Source: Pseudovirgaria hyperparasitica
Lineage: Eukaryota
NCBI GenBank assembly: GCA_010093815.1
Contig: ML996588.1
Direction: 5' to 3' (one strand)
Length of the DNA stretch: 64,000 bases
Every line of letters begins with the position of its first letter. The stretch's first letter is position 1. The position numbers and the translations under genes are program-made. Below are positions 48,797 to 61,119 of the stretch, in pieces. The notes beneath the pieces were generated by a model. That model was not told the origin of the DNA and ran no database searches. It was given only the letters and a program-made list of their open reading frames with translations.

Positions 48797-50557
48797 TTTG
48801 AATGATGATGGGTTTGTTGAATGTGTGTTTGTGAGGAGTATGATATGATTGTTGATGTGAGAGTGAGATCGTAGAGGCAGTTAACGAAGGAAATGCTCTT
48901 GATATAATGACCCCTCGGTCATCGTAACCTGTATCGTGCGCTTGCACGCAACGACGTCACCACGCGTATTATGACCTACACATCTCCCCGCTCTATTGTT
49001 TATTCCGGCATCCAGAATCATGGAGCTCAGATGTAAAGCACTCATTTGCTGAGGCTACACACTAGGAACGACCGGAAGGTTTGGTGACCATTCTGTTGCG
49101 GGGCACTGTATTGGACTGGATGATGTCGATCTTCTTGCCAATAGGGCAACTGTTTGTTTGGAGCCTGTGCTTGGCTGGACAAGGATGAGGATTTGTGGCT
49201 CCTAGGGCTGGACCAGCCGATACAGTACCAAGATCGAGCATCGCAAATGCCAACACAGTGCAAGAGCTATGAAGGATTGTATCCTGGTTGTATATACTGG
49301 GCTAGCAGACTGGTGCCGTGTGTGGATGTCATTGGGGCAGCGTTCCTGAGGTTTCCGCCCATGAAGATCTTCATCTCGGGCGTCGTCTATAGTAAGAGAG
49401 TCGATTTCTAGCCCAACAACATGAAACCTGTTTTCGACAAGCATTAAATCGAAGATTTGCCTACGCCATCTGTGCACTAAGGTGTTGATTGGAAGTCATA
49501 GAGAGGCAGAAAACAAGCCACAGCCTGCAAGCCACAGATCCCGCAACTTCAAAGCTCGCTTGGATAGCATTATTACCTGATTAGGCCTAGAGCAAGAGAT
49601 CATACACAAATGTGACGATCGGGCCCGCCACACGTAGCTTTAAAAGTGGGGCATGTCATCATGGATCTGGCAAGCTATCAGTGAAAGCTTGAGCCTCAAT
49701 GTTGTTGTTGTGTTGTGTGGTGTTGTGTGTAGTGTAATGTGGTCGTGTCTCCGCATCTCATTGCTACGGCCGGTCCTTTTGCTGTTGAGGAAGACAAGTA
49801 TTGTTTCTGATTCTGGTTCCAAGGGTTGTAATGCTTCTTACCGCTTGGAGAACAGCCCGTTTCATTGCTTTTGCGCGAAGAATATCCCGAGCCGCATCAC
49901 CATACATTGCCTTTCGCTGAAAAGGGCATTTTGAATCGAATTCCATAGTAATCAGCATTGCCAATGACGCAGGGAACACAGTCCTCTGTTGGTAGCCGTT
50001 CCATATGCATGTCTGTGCCAGGATCTTGCGCCCGGGAAGCGTCAATCACCCGCTTTCGACTAGTATTGACGACATGCAACGCGTACAGCGCATCTTTCTG
50101 CCGGCTGGGTGATGCCTCCGTCATAACCATAAACCATCTCCCAATGCTCGGATCCATGGGCGAAACGTGTCTCAAGACTACCAGAGCACGAGATCTGCAT
50201 GTCGCGGATGCGCATGGAGATGCCATCAAGACACGACCTACGAACCAAATCGTTTTCTCTGGAGCAATCCAGGGCCGCTCGTAGATTTGGCGCTCCAGAA
50301 CGCAAGCTCGGTCCAGCAGAACGCCTTTCTACAGTAGTCTGCTGGTCTGCAGCTACGTCGGCCAGGCGATTTGCTGCGAAGGTGGGGTTACGCCTATTCA
50401 TTTACAAATCTTGACGTATTTTGTGCCGTGACAAAGTAGTTGTTCGAGGGCGGCCACGTCGTCAACTACGGCTGCCACCCATACTCCATGGAAGCCATCA
50501 TCCCGACAATCTCTGCGCCGAGGACGCTGTAATAGATGATGCAGTAAATCATCTCAA

Positions 50558-51578
50558 ATGGCTACTGTTCCTGAAGGTAGCGACTCTAATTGGCCTCTGG
50601 TCGACCGCAGTCGCGACGTATCCCATCTTCATCCCGAAGTCCACAATCTTGTTGATCTGTCAAACACCGTTGACACGACTGTTCACACTCGTGAGCTTCC
50701 AGGTTGGTCTGATGAGTATTATCTGGACGAACTGGACTAATGGTAGAATAGCCGTTGTCCACGAACGCGTCACGCCGCATGTGCATAATGTTCGAGAGGA
50801 GGTAGTGACTCGCGAGACTCATACATATGACGTGATCCATCGGGTACAGCCAGTTGTGGATGTAGAGGTACTACCCACGAAGCACTTCGTGCACAACCTT
50901 GATGGAACATTGAGAGAAATTTCAGAGGCTGAAATCCCTGGAAGAGTAGGCAATTGGCATGTAGCTGCGGGTCCAGCACCTGCGCCTGTTGATCACAGTT
51001 CGACAGCATCCAAGTCAGCAGTACCCTTACGATCGTCGAGTCTCGCAGCCACGCAGTCTATAGCTCCAGTCCAAGTGTCCTATGTGGAAGAGACCTCAGC
51101 TGACGGCGTGCTGCGATCGGTAACGACATGGAAGCATCCTCCACAGTATGACCAGCGCGATGCTGGGAGCTGGTCAAAAACTGCGTACGAACAGCCGGTG
51201 ACTGCTACGACCATTGCAGATCAGCACACGGAAGCTGCTACAAAAGTAGTCCCGGTAAGAGCCCCGGAAACAGAGCCAGAAAGCGACTCCTCCGAGCATG
51301 ATTACCATGATGCGCGGGATCAGGTCGAATCTCCAGTACGACACTCCGTCAATTATGACCGCTTGAGCAGCGAATCCACTACCTCGAACCCTACCTTTCA
51401 CGATACGTCTCATGGTTCGCAAAGCTCTGGTATATCAAAAGTCATGGGCCGTGCGAAAGACGTAGGCAGGAAGGCCAAGGATCGGCTCAGTGGTCGACTC
51501 GGCCATTCTCGTGAGAGCAGCGGAGGCATCGATGCCAGGATGAAGGAGCTCAACATTCAAGAATATTCGGGTACGTGA
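50558..51578 (+). CDS. Paralog of the allergen-like protein (shared DTTVH..PAVVHE..VQPV.D.EVLP domain)
   Basis: Exon 50558-50702, intron 50703-50751 (GTTGGT..CTAAT..TAG), exon 50752-51578. Start is uncertain. Confidence 0.75.
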
Positions 51579-52243
51579 CTGGGCAACGATCCTTGGACTG
51601 GCGCTGAAATCCCTCAGGCAAGCTGTCCATCGAAAAGACTCCTCATGGAACGCGTGTCACGTCACAGCCGCAGTCTGGGAGCCCTCATGGATAGTCTATG
51701 TTAGCGACTGCCGGCATGAAGTTCCCATGGGAATCGACCTTTGATATGTGTGGTTGAAGATGGGACGCGTCAAGAGTAATATGCTGCAAGATCGTGAAGC
51801 CAAGTCTGTGACGAAGCAGCTTGGCGGGCCTTTCTTGGGGAAGAATAACATCCGCACGGCTTACAGTAGGAGTACTTGAAGAAGTTCAATAATGAGACAC
51901 ATAGAGCGATCGAAGAAGTCGACCAAGAACAAAAGATAAAACTGAAGTGAAAAAGATGGCTTAGAGCTCCAGGTGGGCACGGACCTGTGACAAATCCATC
52001 CGATGTCATTTATGGAACCTTGGGCGACCTAGTCAGGCTTAATTCAACTGCAACACTTGAAGACTCATATATTCCCTCTAGATCTCTCAGTGGATATGAT
52101 TACAATGAACAACGATACGCTGTATTATATCCATAAAGGAATGACATGTCCCATATGACGCATCCACGCTATGCAATTCTCAATTTCAAGATATTCGTGC
52201 TCTCTATCATTCTTTCGATCATCCTTCACATAGCCATCTGGCC

Positions 52244-53942
52244 CTACATTCTGGTAAAGACCTTTCTAGTCTCACTCGCCCTTGCTGCAATGAAGAGGCA
52301 ACCGCCGACAAATAGAGTGAGCCCACAGAAGACTTGGAGATATAGGAAGCCGCCGTTGTTAGCAGTGATCAATGCTCCGGAGATCGGATTGCCTGTCAAG
52401 GCCGCCAGACTGACGACCATCATGTTCGTCCCTAGACGAACACCAATCTCGGATACATCGCTGATCTGGGCTACTAGTGCTGGAATCATAGCAACGAATG
52501 CGCCAGAGCTGAAGCCGTACAGGCAAGCAAACGCTACAATAGGGTCCGTTCCATTTGCCGGAATCCAGAGAGCAAAGGCAAAGATGACGCACAGAAATGT
52601 TGTGGTAATCATCGCGTTGAAACGCCCGAACTTGTCGCCCAAGTAAGCGGGTAGTATGCGACCAACAACACTGGTTGCGTTGAGGATGCTGATGATGTTT
52701 TCCGAGATGTTGCTAGGTAACCTTAAAGCTCTGGCTTGCACAAGCAGGAAGTTGTATGGCACGAATACTCCGAGGAAGAAGAAGAAGGATGCCGAAGCAA
52801 CAAGCGCTGGAGTTCGTAAAGCAAGGGGGCGGAAGAACTCCATGACTCGGAACGGCTTTGGGGTGTGATTGAGTCTAGAACGGACTGTGAGGTTGGCAAT
52901 ACATAGCAGAAATAGGTAGATGAACCCGACGGTCCTCATCGTCCATGGAAACCCGACACGACCGATGATGTTCTGGATGATGACCCTGGTATGCGTCAGC
53001 TTGGTTTGGATGTAAATATCGAAATGCAACAACGTACGGGATTATCACTCCTCCAACCGAGCTGCCTGAGCTCACGATACCTAGTGCGAGAGCCCTACGC
53101 TTGAGGAACCAGGTACCGGCTGAATTGTTGCCGGCATAAAACAGAGCACTCGCACCCAGGCCACTTACCACACTCTGGGCTAGGAAGACCTGGTAGTACT
53201 GGGTACTAAGGCTGGTCATCATGATACCAAAGACATGAAAGAATGTACCCCCAATGAGTAGTGGCCTGGGTCCATAAGAATCAAAGATCTTCCCGAAGAA
53301 CGGTGCTCCAAAGAACATCATGAATGACTGCGTCGAGGGGATCCATGCAATTGTGCTGGAGTCGTACTGGGACAGCAAGGTGGTCGAGTAGTAGTCTTGG
53401 AAGACACCGATGCATATCATCCATCCGAACGAGCAGAACAGGCAAAGGAAGCCACCAGCAACGACAGTCCATGCCGCACGACCACCGTCCGGAAAATCGC
53501 TTGCCGCTGCGATTTCCTTTGCATCGGGAGGTTGTTCTTCGAGTGCACTGCTTTCTAGGAAATTGCCGTCCCAGTTGATGTGGTTTGGAAGGACCTGTGA
53601 GAACCGTATCGATTGAGACAGTCGTAGTGCTTGAGAAGTCCGCTCGAGCGGGTACTCGGCGTACGGATGAGGAAGTTCGAGGCTCAGGGTCTTGTCTCTA
53701 CGAAGAGAGAATCGTTTGTCGATCTCGGAGGCGAGACTATCTGCCACAGACGATCTATCAGACGTTGACTTCTGTGATGATCTCAGTGTTGTAGCATTTC
53801 GCCTGCTCGTTCGGCGGCGTGGTCGCGCAGGAGGACTGAGGGTCGGTCTCTCAGCTTTCTCTTGCCATTCGGCCCAATTGTGCATCTCCTCTGCAAGCGT
53901 AGACGCCTCCGAACTGTGGGAGGCTGAATGTGGACTCGACAT
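52244..53942 (-). CDS. MFS monocarboxylate-porter (MCH/MCT-like) transporter
   Basis: FPDGGRAAWTVVAGG, IGVFQDYY, FDSYGPR, WFLKRRALALG, GFPWTMR, GDKFGRFN, IGVRLG. Intron 52986-53037. Confidence 0.92.
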
Positions 53943-54821
53943 AGTGGTGAGGAGATGAAAGCAATGCAACCTCCAAATGCTAGAACGACGTTAAAGGTCC
54001 TTTCCGGGATGGCTTCCAGAGAACTCTATATCCAGGGTTAACATCCTACATCATAATTCCAATAGTCAGCCATCTCGTCATTTGGTAACACCTGCGTTCG
54101 TATGTGCTGTCAAGGGCCCCAACCAGGCAACTGGGCCTCGTACTCGGGGCCAGAGGGCGTGAAACATTGTTTCGTCGGCGGCGCAACCTGGGACCCACGC
54201 GATTGACAGGCCTGTTGATCGCTCAGAATTATCAACCTTGCTGCCTAGCTGCATAAGCCAGTGCATGGATGAATGCACATCTCTCGTGAGCTGCAGTGAT
54301 CGATCATGCATGGTGATGATGCTTGAAGAGTGCATTGCTGCCTCAGGCCATACATAGATAAGCTAGCCGAATTTGTAACACGCGTCAAAAGTTTCAGAAC
54401 TAATTCTACATCTTCTCTATGAGGATCAGAGATTAGATTGGAGGTGTACCCCTTTACTATCTCACCCAGAGGAGAGATATACCTCAACTCAATGACACGC
54501 CTTGACCCTATTAGCAGTCTTCCCGGGCGTAGCGGAAACTTCGGAAAAACAAGTGAACGACACACTATGAAGTTATGAACACCCTGCCAGCTATATCACT
54601 AAGCGCAGCAGAAATCTTGGAACGGCCAATTACATGTAGATTATTGAACTGTGGAAATGTAAGACCAATCGTAGTTGGGCTTTCAGCTAAGAAGTTTCCC
54701 TCAAGGCTCTGTAAACCTTGAGGAAGATGAGTATCATGTCTCTCAAAACTCCGGATCAACTGTATTCGTACAAAGTCTATCTATCTAAACAGCCCCCTGT
54801 GGCACAAAGTACATGGAAGTT

Positions 54822-56498
54822 CTACGTCTCGACCAGCTTCTCGCTAGCAACACTCGCACGCTTCTTCATCCGGACAAAGAAGTCGAATTGTGGCACAAAC
54901 CAGCGATTCTCCAAGCGCCATTCATTCTTCGCGTTCGGACAGTCTAGCTCCAGCTCGTATGTCTTCAGTAGTGTCGGGACCAGCTTATACACTTCTAGAT
55001 ATGAGATGTTCTTGCCGATGCAGGAACGGTGCCCGTGACCGAACTGTACACGTTAGCATCACACAGGGGTAGGTAGGGAGGTTTGGTGTTTCCTTGAACT
55101 TACTGTGAGAAGAGAGTTCTCCATCTTCTTCCTCTGCTCGGCGTCACAGTCCAGCCAGCGCTCTGGCCGCCATGTATCGACTTCGGCGCCAAAGACTTCC
55201 TCGTTCCGATGCACGACCCATGCACTGCATCCTACGACAGTACCTCCCTTGAACCATTCTCCTGAGATGCGAGCGCCTTCTTTTGGAACAACCCGCTCGT
55301 ACGGAAGGCCGAACGGGGGGTGGATGCGGCCAGCCTCCTTGATGCACGCATCAAGATACGGCAGTGTCAAGGACTGCTTCCATGTGACTAGCTCCGACAG
55401 ATCTGCCTGGTCGAGCTCCTGCAGCAGCCTCTCCATGGTATGTGGATGCTTGAGCAGGTTGTAGATGATGGTCCTCAGCGTGATAGCGGTGGTGTCCGAT
55501 CCAGCAGTGATGTTGGACTGCGTCCAAGCCTGTAGCGCCCACGGAGGAATGCTCTTGTCCTTCTTCATCTGCTCGATGAAGCGGGACAAGAAGTCTCGAC
55601 TGTTCAGATCCCCCTTGTTGTTCTCCACATCCTCCTCCGCCCTGAGCCGTTCGGTCTGGCGCTTGACCGCAAACTCACCCATCGCATTCCACCCGGCCGG
55701 TCGCAGCATCGAAACAATCGGATTCTTAACCCAAAGCCTGTCAATCCACGGCATCATCCCCACCTACTCATGTCAGCCCCACCCACATACCATCGGCACA
55801 ACAACAAGACCAGCACTCACCGGCGCAGTATACTCAAAATACCGCCAAATATCGCCCATGATATTATCCACATCACGGCCCTCCTCCAAGAACCCCAACC
55901 TCTTGCTAAACGTAATCTCGCCAATCACATCAAACGCATACATCTGCAACCAGGCCCCCAAATCACACAGCTCGCCCGTGCTCACAAACCGCCGATCGAC
56001 CTGCTCGAAAAACACCCGCATCGTCGAGTCGACATACGGCTCAAACGACACCAGATTGCTCATACTGTACGTCTGCGCAATCGGCCGCTTCAGCATCCGG
56101 TGCACGCCCTCGTCCTGCGTCGCAAACAGGCCCGGCAGGATCCGCCCCTTGGACATGGGCAAGATGACGTGGTAAAAGTCCGATTTGGCATATGTCCCGC
56201 TGAAGCCGTAGATTTGTGCGATCGCGCCCGGGTCGCCGACCGAGACCATGTTGGGCCCCATGCGTACGAGCGGGCCGTAGCGTCGGTGCAGCGCGATGTG
56301 CTCCTCGTGGGCGCGTCGTCGCCATACCCAGAGGAAGCGTGGGATGTTGCTGATGCGTGCCCAGAACGGGCCTGGGATGTGTGCGAGCGTCTGGTAGGTG
56401 TAGAGTGTGTAGGAGAGGAATGCAAAGGAGGCGGCCAGGAGGATGTATAGCGGGCTCAGGGCGCGGGCGGCGGAGACGACGTCGGTCGTGAGAGCCAT
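54822..56498 (-). CDS. Cytochrome P450 (pisatin demethylase/CYP57-like group)
   Basis: N-terminal anchor, IPGPFWAR, AGSDTT (I-helix), KEAGR (ExxR), PERW, heme motif FGHGHRSCIG in the last exon. Three exons, stop at 54822. Confidence 0.94.
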
Positions 56499-56528
56499 GG
56501 TGGTGATGGTGTGGTTGTAGTCAGGAGT

Positions 56529-56580
56529 GTGTCCGTGAGTGTACTCGTGAGTGTCTTCGTGAGTGTATCCGTGAGTGAAT
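56529..56580. repeat. 12-bp imperfect tandem repeat x4 in P450 5' region
   Basis: gtgtccgtgagtgtactcgtgagtgtcttcgtgagtgtatccgtgagtg is directly visible. Confidence 0.7.
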
Positions 56581-57593
56581 GCGTGCGTACGTTATCTATC
56601 CGTTAGTATATCCGTAAATTTCGCCAGGCAAACAGCACAACTACGATCATCCAAAGCAGTCAGTCAATCTTTATCAAAATCAACCGTGCAAACAGCAAAA
56701 CTTCCGCGCCGCACGTGCGTCCTACTCACATCTATATTCCCCCTTATCCAAACACATATCCCCACTCAGCAGACCCTCCCTATACCCAACTCCTACGTAG
56801 GTACCTACATGCCCAGCCCCAAGCTACCCCGGACCCGCGTACATCACAACCCATAGAGCTGTCCCCGGTCCGTATTTCTCATGCTACCCAGGTACCCTAC
56901 ACCATCCCCGGAGCCCGCGTATACCTTATTCAGCTCCCTCGAGTCCAAACACACAATGCACGAAACCCAGCACGGCGTACACGCATCATACGTTGCGTGC
57001 AGCGCCGTTGTCAGCGCGCCTCTTACATATCCAACCATTCTTTGTATCGTGGATGTACATAGTATCGTCTTACAGATTACATGCTACAAAGCGGCTGCGG
57101 CGTAGATGGATTGGATTGTTTGTGGGTTGGGTGTGTGAGATGACATCATTGTGCGCCGGTACGCTGGGTCGTTCCGTAAGGTAAGACAAAGGAAGGAAGT
57201 TCAGCTGAGATTCCTGTGCGAGCATGGACGTAGCTTTTGGAGGGTGGCTATGAAAGACTATAGAGCTGTAAAACTGGGTATACAGGGGTGATGGTAGGTA
57301 CAGTAGAGCATCGAAGAGAATGTACATACATACACAGCATATAGACAGCACATGCCATACCATCTAATAAAATGTACATTACTGAGACTATGATAGACTC
57401 CCATGCATTACATATTCCAATTCCGACATCCTCTCTCTTTCACTTGCCTTCCGTATACAGTAACCATGTCTTAGGTTACAAGACCGTGTTCTAGACAATT
57501 CTTGTGTCTACGGAAAAGCGCTATTTGTTCCGTTTTCCACATTCGATTCGTTATCAAACGAGAGGAAAAGAGGCACAGTGCAAAGTTTGTCTT

Positions 57594-57662
57594 TGTCGTG
57601 GTGTGTGGTGTAGTGTAGTGTAGTGTAGTTTTGTGTCGTGTGATATTGTGCCGTGTCCGTGG
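57594..57662. repeat. (GTGTA/GTGTC/GTGTG)n pentamer microsatellite
   Basis: gtggtgtagtgtagtgtagtgtagttttgtgtcgtgtg is directly visible. Confidence 0.7.
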
Positions 57663-58057
57663 CTTTGCTGTGCCGCAATTGTGTTCCATTGATTTTGGTG
57701 TTTTGTGGAATGTGGATCTGTTAGGACGCTACATGGCGTGGTACTGGCATTGGAATGATTTGATAGATGGATGTTTGGCGTGCGGGGTTGAGAGGGGCCG
57801 GATTGTGGTGTGGTGATATGGCAGCAAAGAGAAAAGACAAATGTTGCGAGCGATAGAATGAAGAAGTCACAGCACAAGATAGCAGGAAGTAGTGAATCAA
57901 AGGATTAGTTTGGTGTCTATAGTACATGCGCGCGTTTAACATTGATGCTCCCAGGATCCTTCCGAGCAACACGGCCATCGCTAGCTTCCGAGACAGGCGG
58001 GAAGGAGACTCGTCATGGGTGAAATTCGTGTATGCGTGAGCTGTTTTCTGCTGCCAC

Positions 58058-58930
58058 TTAGACGGCACCGCCGTTGATGCGTAGGGTCTGGCCCGTGATC
58101 CAGCGGGAGTCGTTGCCAGACAGGAATGCCATGGTGTCGGCAATTTCGTCTGGCTTTCCGAGACGGTTGTAAGGGCTGGCGGCGGCGAGCTTCTCGATGA
58201 TGGCGTCGGGCTTGCCCTTGAGGAAGAGGTCGGTGCCGGTCGGGCCAGGAGCGACGGCGTTGACGTTGATGCCCTTGCTGGCGAGGTCCTTTGCCATGAC
58301 ACGCGCCATCTGCTCAATGGAGCCCTTGGTGCTGACGTATAGGAGGTAGTTGGGGGTGATGGGCGAGAGACCGGTCAGGGTGGTGGAGACGAGGATGATT
58401 CTGCCGCCGGGGTTCATGAAAGGGACGGCCTTTTGCACCAGGAAGTAGGGGCCCTTGACGTTGAGGCCGAAGGTGTTGTCGAAGTCTTGCTCGGTGGTTT
58501 GCTCGAGAGTCTTCATGGGCAAGATACCGGCGTTGGGGATGAGGATATCGATCTTTCCAAACTTGGCGACGGTTTGCTTGACGAGACCCTCAATTTCAGT
58601 CACATTGGCGGCGTTGGCCTTGACTGCGAGTGCATTACCACCACCAATCTGGTTGACAATGTCGTCGGCGGCCTTGGAGTCGCTGGAGTAGTTGACAACG
58701 ACCTTGGCACCGTCTCTTGCGAGGCGGAGAGCTGCCTGAGCACCGATGCCCTTGGAGCCACCAGTGATGAGAGCGACCTTGCCGGCGAGAGGAAGAGACA
58801 TGGTTGTGTTGGAGTGGGCGGGAATGCTACGGTCTACGAGAGTCTTTTCGGCGGTCGAGGTGGAAGCGGCGTCGTCTTTTGGACAGTTCTTGGAATGCGG
58901 CAGGTGGAGGATGTTTGAGAGAGAAGGCAT
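58058..58930 (-). CDS. Classical short-chain dehydrogenase/reductase (NADPH-dependent ketoreductase-like)
   Basis: TGGSKGIG, PNAG, NVKGPYF, catalytic YVSTK, VAPGPTGT, WITGQTLRINGG. Intronless. Second in-frame ATG at 58801. Confidence 0.93.
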   Translation of the reverse strand: MPSLSNILHLPHSKNCPKDDAASTSTAEKTLVDRSIPAHSNTTMSLPLAGKVALITGGSKGIGAQAALRLARDGAKVVVNYSSDSKAADDIVNQIGGGNALAVKANAANVTEIEGLVKQTVAKFGKIDILIPNAGILPMKTLEQTTEQDFDNTFGLNVKGPYFLVQKAVPFMNPGGRIILVSTTLTGLSPITPNYLLYVSTKGSIEQMARVMAKDLASKGINVNAVAPGPTGTDLFLKGKPDAIIEKLAAASPYNRLGKPDEIADTMAFLSGNDSRWITGQTLRINGGAV

Positions 58931-59503
58931 ATGATGTTGTAGACAGTCAGATTGTCTGTTGCTGAGCTGGACTGGGTGTTGTGGTAGTAGGTGAGATGAT
59001 GAGTGAGATTGTTGTGATGAGGTAGGACATGTCAGGACGGGAGGATGGTTGTCTTATAAACAATGGCATGGGGGCAGACCGGAGTTGGGGTTACACAGCT
59101 GAGTGAACGCAGGTGCCTGGATATTGAAGCTTACCTCCGACTCACTCTGGCCATCCGCAGCCTCGTTCTTGGGCAACACATCACTCTCCCGGGGTTTGGA
59201 GGCATGGCGCTGCACCGATGAGCACATTCGCGGGCAGAACAGAGTGTTTTGATGCAAGGAATACACGGGTCTGGCGCAGGATGGAGATGGTGAATGGATC
59301 GATCGACCCAGGATGCAGCCACCTGGGCAGACTTGGACAAACTTGACTATGCGAGGCCCAGCAAAGCAACAACGCCATCAATCAGGAATCAATATGACAA
59401 TTAGTAGCCACATCGGGTCCAGCTTCGAAGCATTGATTGCACCCAGGAAGCGCCTCGATTGCGGCACAGTCAACAGAGTGAATCAGCATTGAAACCAACA
59501 ACC

Positions 59504-59538
59504 AGAACAACAACAACAACAACAATAACAACAGTAAC
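59504..59538. repeat. (AAC)n microsatellite
   Basis: aacaacaacaacaacaacaataacaacagtaac is directly visible. Confidence 0.8.
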
Positions 59539-60991
59539 ATGACATAATCTGACAATGACGTACTTAGAGAACAAAGGAAGGTGCGTTCAGTCGTGTCGGC
59601 CCCCACTGCGCATCCTACGTCATACCTGTCGCTATTTCCATACCAGCCACTAGCTATATCAGGTTAGTTTGTCTTTCCCGACGTCTCCGCGCTCGGAATC
59701 GCTTCCGGATTTTCCTCAACACCAAAGCCCTATATCCGTCGTGTGTCTTTGTCATCCTTCCATTCAATCTTACATTCTTACATCCTACCATGATCCCATC
59801 TCTGTCCAGGTCTCATTTCAACATCTCGAAAACACACTCATCATTACCAGCTTGCAGCATACATCGACCTCTTGTCGCAGAACCACCTTGGCGGTGGACG
59901 ATGGGCATTCATCTCTAGCCCACATTCCATCTATCTCCAGCCCGCCATCATGTCTGCTCATCGCTAGTCTCCCTTTTCAGTACTTTCACTCAAGTCTCGA
60001 GCATCTGCGTGTAGCTAGTTTGCTGCCTCTGGATCTGGCATCGCCTACTTCTGTTCGTTTAACATGTCGTCCAGCTGAGGCCAATATGGACCTCAGTAAC
60101 CCAACTTGCACGCCTTTTCTCTGCAATTTGAGCTGTAGTCGATTATGTCGTTGTTGAGTGTCCAATGGACAACACAAAATTCAGCCTTTCGAAGACAAGC
60201 TTCTGCCATGTCTTGGAGCTCCTCCTTCTCATTGGTAGATAGTCCACATCAGATCTATTCGGCTATCGAACATCGCTGATTTTCATTCTAATGCAATTTC
60301 CCTCCCGTCATTATGCATTTACCATCAGAGCTGACTTCATGCGCCACACACGGCCGGCCTCACGCACGGTGACGTTCGCACAGGACCCGAGTACAAAGGA
60401 GCTGTCACTTTACGATGCTGCTCCCTCCACTTATCTACCCTCTTCCACGGTCGACTTCGCCCAACACCTTCTATTCTTATCCACGACCGTAACTGGTTCT
60501 GATCGACCCGAAATGGAACTTTTGGTCTCGTGTGTTTCGCCATGCCCTGACGCCTTGACATCTCGTTTCATGCGAAAAGGATCTGCTGCAAGGCACATCT
60601 GACGCCACACGTGGCCAGCCCCGGCCTGTTTCAGAGCCTCCAATCTGGAGGATCCGAACATCTCTCGTGAACATGATTCAGTTCAGCCTTCTTATGGCTC
60701 ACAATGCGCCACACGTGTTGGTGGAAAGCGACTCCCGCGCGCCCTGTGCAGCCACGAGGTGCTCTGATCAGCGCCTCCGCCTCGTGCAACGCCTCCATTC
60801 ATTGACCGGATTCAAGATCATGTTCCAATAAAAGATATCAGCCCCATAGATGGGCCATAGCGACACATGCAACGGTTCGGTACGAGATCTAGCATACTCG
60901 GTGTATTGTACGGACAGAGCATCTGGACGAAACTGTGGATAAACGATACGAGATGATGAGTCTAGAAACTCAGCCTCGGGGAGTGGAATCT

Positions 60992-60998
60992 ATATAAG
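60992..60998 (+). promoter_or_regulatory. Putative TATA box of GMC oxidoreductase
   Basis: TATATAA about 125 nt upstream of ATG 61120. Confidence 0.5.
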
Positions 60999-61119
60999 AC
61001 GATGCCACGGTCAAGCCAAAGACCGGAATATCATCATCTCAACATTCTAACGGATAGGGCATTCGCAAGGCTCGTGGTTTTTGCGTGTTCGTTGTTATAG
61101 TATAAGAGTTCTAGCCGCC

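Noticed and set aside
50421..50751. Hydrophobic N-terminal part of the 385-aa ORF suggesting a membrane protein
   Set aside because: Better explained by exon 1 in another frame (50558-50702) plus an intron, which restores the domain shared with the neighbouring paralog.
55465..56450. Overlapping 236-aa and 226-aa + strand ORFs
   Set aside because: Antisense shadows of the P450, caused by high GC3.
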